Assembly (NCBI GenBank): GCA_020637295.1
Contig: JACJWF010000004.1
Location: 170,228-234,227, forward strand
From: Acidimicrobiaceae bacterium
Lineage (GTDB): Bacteria; Actinomycetota; Acidimicrobiia; Acidimicrobiales; Ilumatobacteraceae
DNA length: 64,000 nucleotides
Reading direction: 5' to 3'
Shown: positions 44,094 to 52,767 of the stretch, piece by piece
How positions within the stretch are numbered: position 1 is the stretch's first letter
Layout: the number at the start of each line of letters is the position of its first letter
The notes under the pieces: generated by a model
What the model saw: only the letters and a program-made list of their open reading frames with translations
The model's database searches: none
Told to the model about the DNA's origin: nothing
Translations under genes and position numbers: made by a program

Positions 44094-45563
44094 CTACCGG
44101 GCGGGGACGAGGCGTTCGTAGAGCGCGAGGTAGCGGGCGGCGGCCAGATCCCACCCGACGTCGCGGCTCATCGCCCGCTTCTGCACCTTCTGCCAAGCGG
44201 GCCGTTCGGCGTACAGGTCGCACACCCGTTCCAGCGCCACACCCAGCGGCCCGGCGTCCACGGGAGAGAACGCGAAGCCGGTGGCCACGCCGTCGCGCAG
44301 CGCTGCCTCGTTGGCGTCGATCACCGTGTCCGCCAGGCCGCCGACGCGCGCCACCACGGGCAGCGTGCCGTAGCGCAGCCCATACAGCTGGGTGAGGCCA
44401 CAGGGCTCGAAGCGGGACGGCACGACGATGGCGTCCGCACCGGCCTGCACACGGTGGGACAGGCCCTCGTCGAAGCCGATGACCGCGGCGACGTCGTGGC
44501 GATGGTGGCCGACCAGGTGGCGGAAGCCTTCCTCCAGCGCGGCTTCGCCCGTGCCGAGCACCACCAGTTGGGCGCCGCGGTGGGCCACCCGGTGCCACGC
44601 CTGCAGCAGGAGGTCCAGCCCCTTCTGGTGGGACAGCCGGCTGACCACGCCGAACAGCGGCACGTCGGGGCGCACCGTCAGGCCCAGCTCCGCCTGGAGC
44701 GCGGCCTTGGACACCGCCTTGGCGTGCAACCGGCGTGTGGAGTAGGTGGAGTACGGCGGGGCGAGGTGGGTGTCCGTGGCGGGGTCCCAGAGGTGGTCGT
44801 CGATCCCGTTGACGATGCCGGTGAGGTGGCCGGCGCGAGCACGCAGCAACCCGTCGAAGCCCATCCCGCCTCCGGGCGTGAGGATCTCGCGGGCGTAGGT
44901 GGGGCTGACGGTGGTGAGGTGGTCCGCCCAGAGCACGCCGGCCTTGAGGAAGCTGAGGTGGCCCCAGTACTCCAGCCCGTCCCCGTCCATCACGTGCGCC
45001 GGGAGGCGGATGGAGGGGGCGAGTGCGCCGTCGAACAGCCCCTGGAACGCGAGGTTGTGGATGGTGAGCACGGTGGGTGGCCGGTCGGCGGCCATCACCG
45101 GGTCGTAGTGCAGGTAGGCAGCAGTGAGCGCCGCCTGCCAGTCGTGCAGATGCAGCACGTCGGGGCGCCAGCCGGCGTCCACGACACCGCTGCCGAGCGC
45201 CGCGCCCACCCAGGAGAGCGCCGCGAAGCGCAGGTGGTTGTCCGGCCAGTCCTCGCCGCCGGGCCCGGCGTAGGGTCCGCCGCCGTCGCGCCGAAACAGG
45301 TGCGGCGCGTCCACCAACCAGACCTGCAGCCCCTCCGCCGTGGTGCCCTCCAGCAGTGACCCGTCGCCCCCCATCAAGGAGAGCAGCGGCGCGACCGTGC
45401 GCACCTTGCGCAGCCGGCCGCGCACCCCCGGGTAGGCAGGCAGCAGCACCCGCACGTCGGCACCCAGCGGGGCCAACGCCAGCGGCAACGCGCCCGCGAC
45501 ATCTGCCAGCCCCCCGGTCTTCACCAGCGGGTAGCACTCCGGGGTGACGAACAGCACTTTCAC
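44094..45563 (-). CDS. glgA: Glycogen synthase (ADP-glucose type)
   Basis: GTG start gives VKVLFVTPECYPLVKTGGLADV. 489 aa. The track ORF extends further to 45704. Confidence 0.9.
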   Translation of the reverse strand: MKVLFVTPECYPLVKTGGLADVAGALPLALAPLGADVRVLLPAYPGVRGRLRKVRTVAPLLSLMGGDGSLLEGTTAEGLQVWLVDAPHLFRRDGGGPYAGPGGEDWPDNHLRFAALSWVGAALGSGVVDAGWRPDVLHLHDWQAALTAAYLHYDPVMAADRPPTVLTIHNLAFQGLFDGALAPSIRLPAHVMDGDGLEYWGHLSFLKAGVLWADHLTTVSPTYAREILTPGGGMGFDGLLRARAGHLTGIVNGIDDHLWDPATDTHLAPPYSTYSTRRLHAKAVSKAALQAELGLTVRPDVPLFGVVSRLSHQKGLDLLLQAWHRVAHRGAQLVVLGTGEAALEEGFRHLVGHHRHDVAAVIGFDEGLSHRVQAGADAIVVPSRFEPCGLTQLYGLRYGTLPVVARVGGLADTVIDANEAALRDGVATGFAFSPVDAGPLGVALERVCDLYAERPAWQKVQKRAMSRDVGWDLAAARYLALYERLVPAR

Positions 45564-45621
45564 CAAGGACGAAGGTAACTCATGGCCCCACGCGACGGGG
45601 CATGAGGGGTACATTCCGGCT

Positions 45622-46845
45622 ATGGCCGATCCCAAAGTGCTCGTGATGGTGCTCGCCGGCGGGGAAGGCAAGCGGATGTTGCCGCTCACGCAGGACCGCG
45701 CCAAACCCGCGGTCCCGTTCGGCGGCAGCTACCGGATCATCGACTTCGCCCTGTCCAACTTCGCCAGCGCGCGGTACCTGAAGATCGTGGTGCTCACCCA
45801 GTACATGAGCCACAGCCTGGACCGCCACATCTCCCAGACATGGCGGTTCTCCGGCCTGCTCGGCAACTACGTGACGCCGGTGCCGGCGCAGATGCGCCGC
45901 GGCCCCCACTGGTTCGCCGGCTCGGCCGACGCGATCTACCAGAACCTCAACCTGATCACCGACGAGGACCCCGACGTCGTGTGCGTGTTCGGCGCCGACC
46001 ACATCTACCGGATGGACCCGCGCCAGATGGTGAACCACCACCTGGACAGCGGTGCGGGCGTCACCGTTGCCGCCATCCCCGTGAGCTACGAGGAGGCCAA
46101 GGCGTTCGGCGTCATCGAGAGCGACGCCGAGGGCAAGATCGTCGCCTTCCACGAGAAGTCGCCCACGCCGCCCACCATGCCGGGCGACAGCACCCGCTGC
46201 CTGGCCAGCATGGGGAACTACGTGTTCGACACCCAGACGCTCATCGACATCGTCACGCCTGCCGGCGAGGACGGGGCGCCCACGGACATCGGCGGTCACG
46301 TCATCCCGGCGCTCACCGCGGCCGGTGTGGCCCACGTGTACGACTTCAGCACCAACATCGTGCCCGGGCAGGACGATCGGGAGAAGGGCTACTGGCGCGA
46401 CGTCGGCACCATCGACTCGTACTACGACGCCAACATGGACCTGCTGGCCCCGGTGCCGGTCTTCAACCTGTACAACGACCGCTGGCCGGTGTTCACCAGC
46501 CACGGCAGCTACCCGCCGGCCAAGATCTCCCGCGGCGCGGGCGGCGAGCCGGCGCATGTGGACGGCAGCCTGCTCAGCGACGGCTCGATCATCTCCGGCG
46601 CGCACGTGGAGGGGTCGATCGTGTCGCCCGACGTCCACGTCCACCACGACGCCCACATCACCGGCAGCATCCTGTTCCCCGGCGTGCGTGTGGGTCCAGG
46701 GGCACGGGTCAACCGGTGCATCGTGGACAAGAACGTGGAGATCCCGGCCGGGCTGCGGATCGGCTTCGATCCGGCTGCGGACGCCCAGCGCTTCACCGTC
46801 AGCGACCGTGGCATCGTGGTGATCCCCAAGGGTTACGTGTTCTGA
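45622..46845 (+). CDS. glgC: Glucose-1-phosphate adenylyltransferase
   Basis: ATG at 45622. VLAGGEGKRMLPLTQDRAKPAVPFGG, and a left-handed beta-helix C-terminus. 407 aa. Confidence 0.9.
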   Translation: MADPKVLVMVLAGGEGKRMLPLTQDRAKPAVPFGGSYRIIDFALSNFASARYLKIVVLTQYMSHSLDRHISQTWRFSGLLGNYVTPVPAQMRRGPHWFAGSADAIYQNLNLITDEDPDVVCVFGADHIYRMDPRQMVNHHLDSGAGVTVAAIPVSYEEAKAFGVIESDAEGKIVAFHEKSPTPPTMPGDSTRCLASMGNYVFDTQTLIDIVTPAGEDGAPTDIGGHVIPALTAAGVAHVYDFSTNIVPGQDDREKGYWRDVGTIDSYYDANMDLLAPVPVFNLYNDRWPVFTSHGSYPPAKISRGAGGEPAHVDGSLLSDGSIISGAHVEGSIVSPDVHVHHDAHITGSILFPGVRVGPGARVNRCIVDKNVEIPAGLRIGFDPAADAQRFTVSDRGIVVIPKGYVF

Positions 46846-46846
46846 G

Positions 46847-47875
46847 ATGAGCCTGCCGGGCGACGTTGCCGTGCCCGCCGAGCGGGCCACGCGGGTCGCC
46901 CTGGCGCTCGGCAGCGGTGGCGCCCGCGGCTACGCGCACGTCGGCGTCATCCAGGTGCTGGTGGAGCGCGGCTACGACATCGTCACCATCGCCGGTTCGT
47001 CGATGGGCGCGCTGGTCGGCGGGCTCCACGCCGCCAGGGCGCTGGAGCCCTACACGGAGTGGGTCACGTCGCTCAGCCAACTGGACGTGCTGCGCCTGCT
47101 GGACCCCTCGTTGTCCTCGCCCGGTGCCATCAAGGCCGAGAAGGTGTTCGCCAAGGTGCGCGAACTGCTCGGCGGGGTGCTCATCGAGGACATGGCGGTG
47201 CCGTTCACCGCCGTCGCCGCCGACCTGTTCGCCGGGCGCGAGGTGTGGTTCCAGCGTGGGCCGGCCGATGTGGCCATCCGAGCTTCGATCGCCATCCCCA
47301 CCGTCATCACCCCGGTCATGCACAACGGGCGGTTGCTGGCCGACGGCGGCCTGCTCAACCCGGTGCCGATCGCACCGCTGGCGGCTGCCCGTGCCGACGC
47401 GACGATCGCCGTGTCGCTGGGCGGAGACCGTGTCGGGGAGCGACCTGGCGAGCGTCGCGGCCTGGGCGGCGCGCCGGACCACGCGTCGGCGGCACCGCGA
47501 CCGGTGGAGGAGTGGGGCGACCGCTTCCGGCGGATGGCGGCGAACGTGATGGACCGGGAGTCGATCAAGGCGTTGATGGCCCGCTTCGACCGCGGCCGCG
47601 AGCGTGGCCAGGACGACGACGACGACCCTGGTCTGCCCGCCGGGCTGGGCAAGGCCGACGTGCTCACCCAGTCGCTGGAGGTGATGCAGAGCGTGCTCAC
47701 CCGCTACCGCCTGGCCAGCTACCCGCCGGACCTCCTCATCACCATCTCCCGCGACGCGTGCCGCAGCCTGGACTTCCACCGCGCCGAAGAGATGATCGCC
47801 GTCGGCCGGGCGGCGACGATCGAGGCGCTGGACCACGCCGAACTCACCCCCACCCTGCCGGTGACCTCCGGGTGA
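46847..47875 (+). CDS. Patatin-like phospholipase
   Basis: GSGGARG oxyanion box, GSSMG serine motif, ADGGLLN catalytic Asp. 342 aa. Confidence 0.85.
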   Translation: MSLPGDVAVPAERATRVALALGSGGARGYAHVGVIQVLVERGYDIVTIAGSSMGALVGGLHAARALEPYTEWVTSLSQLDVLRLLDPSLSSPGAIKAEKVFAKVRELLGGVLIEDMAVPFTAVAADLFAGREVWFQRGPADVAIRASIAIPTVITPVMHNGRLLADGGLLNPVPIAPLAAARADATIAVSLGGDRVGERPGERRGLGGAPDHASAAPRPVEEWGDRFRRMAANVMDRESIKALMARFDRGRERGQDDDDDPGLPAGLGKADVLTQSLEVMQSVLTRYRLASYPPDLLITISRDACRSLDFHRAEEMIAVGRAATIEALDHAELTPTLPVTSG

Positions 47876-47884
47876 GCGAGGCAC

Positions 47885-47911
47885 CCATCCGGCCCGGGCT
47901 GTGCTCCGAAC
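47885..47911 (+). promoter_or_regulatory. Candidate ECF (SigK-type) autoregulatory promoter: CCATCC, 15-nt spacer, CCGAAC
   Basis: It lies 43-61 nt upstream of the sigK start candidates. From memory it resembles the mycobacterial SigK promoter motif CCATCC...CCGAAT. Not verified. Confidence 0.35.
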
Positions 47912-47953
47912 GGAGGGCATGAACGTCCGTCTCGAACCGACCGGGGTCCCCCG

Positions 47954-48565
47954 GTGGGTGTGATCCGCGCCATGCGCGCTCGACCCGGCGTCCTCCCCCC
48001 CGATGCGGCAGCGCCGGCCGATGGCGACGCCGCATCGGCCCTCCTCCGCCGGGCCGGGCGCGGCGACCAACAGGCATTCGCCGAGCTCTACGACGTGCTC
48101 TCCCCCCTGGTGCACGGTGTGGTGCTGAAGGTCGTCCGCGACCCGGCCCAGGCGGAGGAAGTGACCCAGGAGGTGTTCGTCGAGCTGTGGCGCACCGCCA
48201 CCCGCTTCGACGGGTCGAAGGGTTCGGCCCGCGCCTGGGCGTCCACCCTGGCCCACCGGCGGGCGGTGGACCGGGTGCGCAGCGAGCAGGCATCGCGTGA
48301 GCGCCAGCAGCGCGACGCGGCGGCGGCCATCCGTGACCACGACATGGTGGTGGACGAGGTGGAGGCCGGCCTGGACCAGGCCAGGGTGCGCCGGGCGCTG
48401 GACCGCCTCAGCGAGCTCCAGCGCGAGGCCGTCGAGCTGGCATATTTCGGCGGGCACACGTACCGCGACGTGGCGGTGCTGCTCGGCGTCGCCGAAGGCA
48501 CCGTGAAGAGCAGGATCCGGGACGGCATGATCCGTCTCCGCGACGAACTGGGAGGTGAGGCATGA
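47954..48565 (+). CDS. sigK: ECF sigma factor, SigK-like
   Basis: Region 2 FAELYDVLSPLVHGVVLKVVRDPAQAEEVTQEVFVELW and region 4 LSELQREAVELAYFGGHTYRDVAVLLGVAEGTVKSRIRDG. GTG start at 47954 or ATG at 47972. Confidence 0.85.
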   Translation: MGVIRAMRARPGVLPPDAAAPADGDAASALLRRAGRGDQQAFAELYDVLSPLVHGVVLKVVRDPAQAEEVTQEVFVELWRTATRFDGSKGSARAWASTLAHRRAVDRVRSEQASRERQQRDAAAAIRDHDMVVDEVEAGLDQARVRRALDRLSELQREAVELAYFGGHTYRDVAVLLGVAEGTVKSRIRDGMIRLRDELGGEA

Positions 48566-49323
48566 GCGACGTGGACATCCACCATCTGGCAGCGGCATAT
48601 GTCCTCGACGCGCTCGATCCTCGCGAGCGGGACGAGTTCGAGACCCACTACGGCGCCTGCGACGTGTGCCGCGACGACGTGGTCGCGTTCCGCCGCACGC
48701 TGGCCGAGGTTGCCGCGGCGGTCGCAGTGCCGCCGCCGGCGGCCATGAAGGAGCGGGTGCTGGCCGAGATCGCCACCACCAGGCAGCTCTCTCCCAGGGT
48801 GGCCGCGACGGCGGACGTGGTGCCGCTGGCCGGCCGCCGCCGGGTGGGCACCTGGCTGTCGGTCGCCGCTGCCGTGGTGCTGCTTGCGGGCATCGTCACG
48901 GTGCTCGGCCTGGCCCGCCGGACCAGCACGTCGTATGCGGACGAGTTGGCCAAGGTCATGGAGCAGGACGACGCCACCGTCACGTCCCTCGCCCCCGCCG
49001 ACGGGGTGCAGGGCACCTTCCGGGTCGCCTGGTCCGAGCACCTCGGCACCGCCGTGCTCATCGGTGAAGGGCTGCCGGCCGCTCCGGCGGGGACGGCCTA
49101 CGAGCTGTGGTGGTTCCCCCAGCCCGATGCCACGGACTCGCCGGACAGCCCGAACGCGGACGGCCGGCTGGCCATGTACGTGCTGGACGCCGCCGGCGAC
49201 GGCAACGTGCACCATGTGCTCGACCTGCCCGCCGACCCGGCGGCCTGGGCGATCACGTTGGAGCCCGAGGGCGGTGCCGCCGTCACCACCGGCGACGTGA
49301 TCTTCATCGGCGCCGTCGCCTGA
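48562..49323 (+). CDS. rskA: Anti-sigma-K factor (RskA-like)
   Basis: 4-nt overlap with sigK. N-terminal HHLAAAYVLDALDPRERDEFETHYGACDVCRDD (zf-HC2-like), one TM, and an RskA-type C-terminus YELWWFP...WAITLEPEGG. Confidence 0.85.
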   Translation: MSDVDIHHLAAAYVLDALDPRERDEFETHYGACDVCRDDVVAFRRTLAEVAAAVAVPPPAAMKERVLAEIATTRQLSPRVAATADVVPLAGRRRVGTWLSVAAAVVLLAGIVTVLGLARRTSTSYADELAKVMEQDDATVTSLAPADGVQGTFRVAWSEHLGTAVLIGEGLPAAPAGTAYELWWFPQPDATDSPDSPNADGRLAMYVLDAAGDGNVHHVLDLPADPAAWAITLEPEGGAAVTTGDVIFIGAVA

Positions 49324-49375
49324 CGGGGCCGCGCACGATTCGTACCGGCCCGTCCCGGCGCACGACACTGTCGCA

Positions 49376-50668
49376 ATGAGCGATTTCCTCGACGAACTCG
49401 ACGCCTGGCTGGACGACAACTGGGATGCGGAGCTGACGATCGCCGAGTGGTGGGACCGCCTCGGCCGCAGCGGCTGGGCCTCTCCCTCCCTCCCCGTCAA
49501 CGCCTACGGCAAGGGCATGCCGCGCAACGACGCGCTGGCCGTCGGCAAGCGGATCGTCGAGCGTGGCGCGGTCGCCGCGCCCGGCGGGCTGGGCATGATG
49601 CTGGCCGCGCCGACCATCGCCGCCCACGGCAGCCAGGAGCAGATCGAGCGCTACGTCCTGCCGATCCTCACCGGGCAGCAGGCGTGGTGCCAGCTGTTCA
49701 GCGAGCCGGGTGCCGGCAGCGACCTCGCCGGCCTCGGCGCCCGCGCCGTGAAGGACGGCGAGGAGTGGATCGTCAACGGGCAGAAGGTGTGGACCAGCGG
49801 CGGCCATGTGGCCGACATGGGCATGCTCATCGCCCGCACCGATCCGGACGTGCCCAAGCACCAGGGCATCACCTGGTTCGCCATGGACATGCACCAGGGC
49901 GACGCCGTGGACGTCCGCCCGCTGCGCGAGATGACCGGCCGGGCGCTGTTCAACGAGGTGTTCATGAGCGACGCCCGGGTGGAGGACGCCGCCATCATCG
50001 GTGGCCTCAACAACGGATGGGCCGTGGCCAACACGACGCTGATGTTCGAGCGTTCCAGCCTGGGCGCCGGCGGGCACGCCGCCGCCGCGCTGGCCACGCC
50101 GGGCACCGTCGCCGGCCACCTCGGCCTGCGTGCCGGGGACTTCGTCCGCCAGGCCGGGCCGTCCGGTGGCGGTGGCGGCGGGGCGATGGCCAGCGGCGTG
50201 CAGAAGATGATCGCGGGCATGGCCAAGGCCAAGGGGCTGGCCGACGACCCCACGTTCCGCCAGGCGTACATGAAGCTGTACTCGCTGGGCGAGGTCGGCC
50301 GGATGCTGGCCCTGCGGCTGAAGGCCGAGAAGGCCGCCGGCCGCGACATCGCCGGTGCCCCGAACATCGCCAAGCTGTCGATGAGCGAGATCATGCGCCA
50401 GACGCGGGACCTCGCGCTGCGCGTCGCCGGCCCGGCCGGCACCCTCCACGCCTACGACAGCGAGCACCGCAAGGTGCTGGACGCCGCCACCGGCACGCCC
50501 GAGTTGGCGTTCGTCACCGAGATGGCGCTGTTCGCCCAGGCGCCGCCGATCTATGGCGGCACGGACCAGGTGCAGCGCAACATCCTCGGCGAGCGGGCCC
50601 TCGGCCTGCCGAAGGAGCCCAGCGACGAGCGCACCAAGTCCTGGGCCGAACTGCCGAAGAACGGCTGA
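49376..50668 (+). CDS. Acyl-CoA dehydrogenase family protein
   Basis: 430 aa. WCQLFSEPGAGSDLAGL...ITWF...GGTDQVQRNILGERALGLP. Confidence 0.8.
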   Translation: MSDFLDELDAWLDDNWDAELTIAEWWDRLGRSGWASPSLPVNAYGKGMPRNDALAVGKRIVERGAVAAPGGLGMMLAAPTIAAHGSQEQIERYVLPILTGQQAWCQLFSEPGAGSDLAGLGARAVKDGEEWIVNGQKVWTSGGHVADMGMLIARTDPDVPKHQGITWFAMDMHQGDAVDVRPLREMTGRALFNEVFMSDARVEDAAIIGGLNNGWAVANTTLMFERSSLGAGGHAAAALATPGTVAGHLGLRAGDFVRQAGPSGGGGGGAMASGVQKMIAGMAKAKGLADDPTFRQAYMKLYSLGEVGRMLALRLKAEKAAGRDIAGAPNIAKLSMSEIMRQTRDLALRVAGPAGTLHAYDSEHRKVLDAATGTPELAFVTEMALFAQAPPIYGGTDQVQRNILGERALGLPKEPSDERTKSWAELPKNG

Positions 50669-50713
50669 CGCCCATCCCCCGCCCGCCTGCGGGTGGGCGG
50701 CGAGACTGTGCGG

Positions 50714-51283
50714 ATGGAACAGCGTCAGTGGCCGCGCACGCACGAGGAGCTGAACCAGCAGCCGATCCAGGTCCGTGTGGCGTCCGTGGAGCAGATCTTC
50801 AACCCGATGGACCCGACGCCGATCGAGGAGCGGTCGCTGAACATCGAGGTGGCCGACTGGATCGAGGAGTGGGCGGAGGACCTGGACCGCGACCAGCCGA
50901 TCACCGTCGAGTTCTACGTGGGCGACGGGCGGGTGCAAGGACGCGAGGGCATCGTGGCCGCTGGGCTGCACAACCACTTCGAGTACCGCGAGTGGCAGGC
51001 CGGCCGGCAGCTCAGCAAGCTGTGGCGTGAGGGCCGGATCAGCCTGGTGATCGGCCTCGTCGCGCTCGCCGGCTTCAACGCCGCGTCGCGTGCCATCGGC
51101 ACCAGCAGCAACCCCGTGGTGGAGGTCATCCACGAGAGCCTGTCGGTCATCGGTTGGGTGTCGATGTGGAAGCCGATCGAGATCTTCCTCTACGACTGGT
51201 GGCCGATCCGCCGCGAGCGGCGGGCCTGCCGCCGGCTGGCCGAGGCCGAGGTGCGGTTCCCCGCGGTCGCGGCGCGGGCCTGA
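50714..51283 (+). CDS. Hypothetical membrane protein
   Basis: An acidic soluble N-terminal half (IFNPMDPTPIEERSLN...) followed by two C-terminal TM segments. No family recognised. The track start at 50693 is an alternative. Confidence 0.5.
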   Translation: MEQRQWPRTHEELNQQPIQVRVASVEQIFNPMDPTPIEERSLNIEVADWIEEWAEDLDRDQPITVEFYVGDGRVQGREGIVAAGLHNHFEYREWQAGRQLSKLWREGRISLVIGLVALAGFNAASRAIGTSSNPVVEVIHESLSVIGWVSMWKPIEIFLYDWWPIRRERRACRRLAEAEVRFPAVAARA

Positions 51284-51287
51284 CGGG

Positions 51288-52001
51288 TCAGCTGCCCGTG
51301 AGGCGGCGGGTCAGTTCCCCGGCCACGTCGTCGCCGGCCAGCGCCGCCAATTCCCCGGCCAGCGACACGTACACCGGGACGTCGCCGATGTAGGCCGACG
51401 GGGCCGCCTGCGGCTCCGTGCAGCACCACGCCATCGTCGCGCCGCCTTCGTCCCAGTCGGCACGCGACCAGCGGCTGACGGTGACGACGTCCTGACCCGC
51501 CGGGCCGGCGGCCACGGCGGTGGCCGTGCGCAGCGGCAGTTGCCAGCAGACCGATGGTTTCCAGTCGATCGGTGACTCGTCGGCCTCCAGCGCGGCGAGG
51601 TGCAGGGCGCACCCGGCCCCACCGGCGAACCCGGGACGGTTGAGGAAGATGCACGCCCCGTCGGCGAGCGCGGTGTGCGTGCGGGCGCCGTCGCGGAAGA
51701 TGCCGTCGGGCAGCGACCCGGCGGCGTGGGCCAGGGCGTGGAACTGCCAGCCGTCGGGGGTGAGGAACTCGGCGTAGGCGGCCAGCGTCATCGCCTCGTC
51801 GGCGTCCGCCATCGCCGTGCCGACCGAGCAGCACCCCTGCTGGAGGTGCTCGGCCGGTTCGTCGAGGATGCCCTGGCAACCCCGCCCCCAGGTGCAGGTC
51901 CAGTTCGAGCGGAGGAAGTCCTCCTCGAACCGCCAGACGGTGTCGGCGGTGCGGACCTCCACGTACGCGCCGTCCGGCGCCGGTGGGGGCGGGGTGCTCA
52001 C
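51288..52001 (-). CDS. Cys-rich hypothetical protein (possible metal or Fe-S binding)
   Basis: 237 aa with 9 Cys arranged as WTCTWGRGCQGI...GCCSVG...GACIFLN...GCALH...VCWQLP...WCC. High GC3. Confidence 0.5.
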   Translation of the reverse strand: MSTPPPPAPDGAYVEVRTADTVWRFEEDFLRSNWTCTWGRGCQGILDEPAEHLQQGCCSVGTAMADADEAMTLAAYAEFLTPDGWQFHALAHAAGSLPDGIFRDGARTHTALADGACIFLNRPGFAGGAGCALHLAALEADESPIDWKPSVCWQLPLRTATAVAAGPAGQDVVTVSRWSRADWDEGGATMAWCCTEPQAAPSAYIGDVPVYVSLAGELAALAGDDVAGELTRRLTGS

Positions 52002-52022
52002 GGGGTGTTCAGTGCCGGTGGC

Positions 52023-52637
52023 TCAGAGGGGGGAGGGCGTGGTGCGGGCCGCGGCGAAGCGGGCGGCCACGTCCTGCCAGTTGGCGATGTTCCAGAACGC
52101 CTTCACCCAGTCGGCCTTGACGTTCTTGTACTGCAGGTAGAAGGCGTGCTCCCACGAGTCGATCACCAGCAGCGGCACGGTGGTGGTGCCGGCGTTGCCC
52201 TGGTGGTCGTAGATCTGCTCGACCACGAGGCGCTGGCCGACGGGCTCCCACGCCAGCGCGCCCCAGCCGATGCCCTGCACGCTGGTGGTGGCGGCCGTGA
52301 CCTGAGCCTGCATGGCGTCGAAGCTGCCGAAGTACTCGTCGATCGCGGCAGCCAGTTCGCCGTCGGGGCGACCGCCGCCGTCGGGGCTCATGTTGGTCCA
52401 GAAGATGCTGTGCAGGACATGGCCGCTGAGGTGGAAGGCGAAGCTCTTGCTGAGCGCGTTGATGGCGGCGAAGTCGCCCTTCTCGCGGGCGGCGGCCAGC
52501 GCGTCGAGCGTGTCGTTGGCGCCCTTCACATAGGCGGCATGGTGCTTGTCGTGGTGCAGGGCCACGATCTCGCCGCTGTAGTGCGGCTCCAGCGCACCGG
52601 GGGAGTAGGGCAGTTCGGGCAACGTGTACACAGTCAT
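52023..52637 (-). CDS. sodA: Fe/Mn-family superoxide dismutase
   Basis: YTLPELPY...HHDKHH...[21 protein letters not shown] sequence 6 nt upstream of the ATG at 52637. Confidence 0.95.
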   Translation of the reverse strand: MTVYTLPELPYSPGALEPHYSGEIVALHHDKHHAAYVKGANDTLDALAAAREKGDFAAINALSKSFAFHLSGHVLHSIFWTNMSPDGGGRPDGELAAAIDEYFGSFDAMQAQVTAATTSVQGIGWGALAWEPVGQRLVVEQIYDHQGNAGTTTVPLLVIDSWEHAFYLQYKNVKADWVKAFWNIANWQDVAARFAAARTTPSPL

Positions 52638-52720
52638 CTCGTCTCCTTTTCGCGTTGGTTCCACCGTATCGGCCGATCTCCGCACGCGCCTCGCGGGGCC
52701 CGGATTCGGCCCGGGACGCG

Positions 52721-52757
52721 CCGGAGGGGCGCCCCTCCCGTTGGGGCGCCCCTCCGG
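52721..52757. terminator. GC-rich 15-bp inverted repeat (CCGGAGGGGCGCCCC / GGGGCGCCCCTCCGG, 7-nt loop) between the LPXTG gene stop and the sodA promoter region
   Basis: Read directly from the sequence. It also contains two direct copies of GGGGCGCCCCTCC (52725-52737 and 52743-52755). There is no U-tract. Confidence 0.35.
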
Positions 52758-52767
52758 TCGGGGGGAT

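Noticed and set aside
45564-45621. The 58-bp divergent glgA/glgC intergenic region as a special regulatory element
   Set aside because: I saw no clear palindrome, riboswitch-like structure or consensus promoter. Divergent or adjacent glgA/glgC is an ordinary arrangement.
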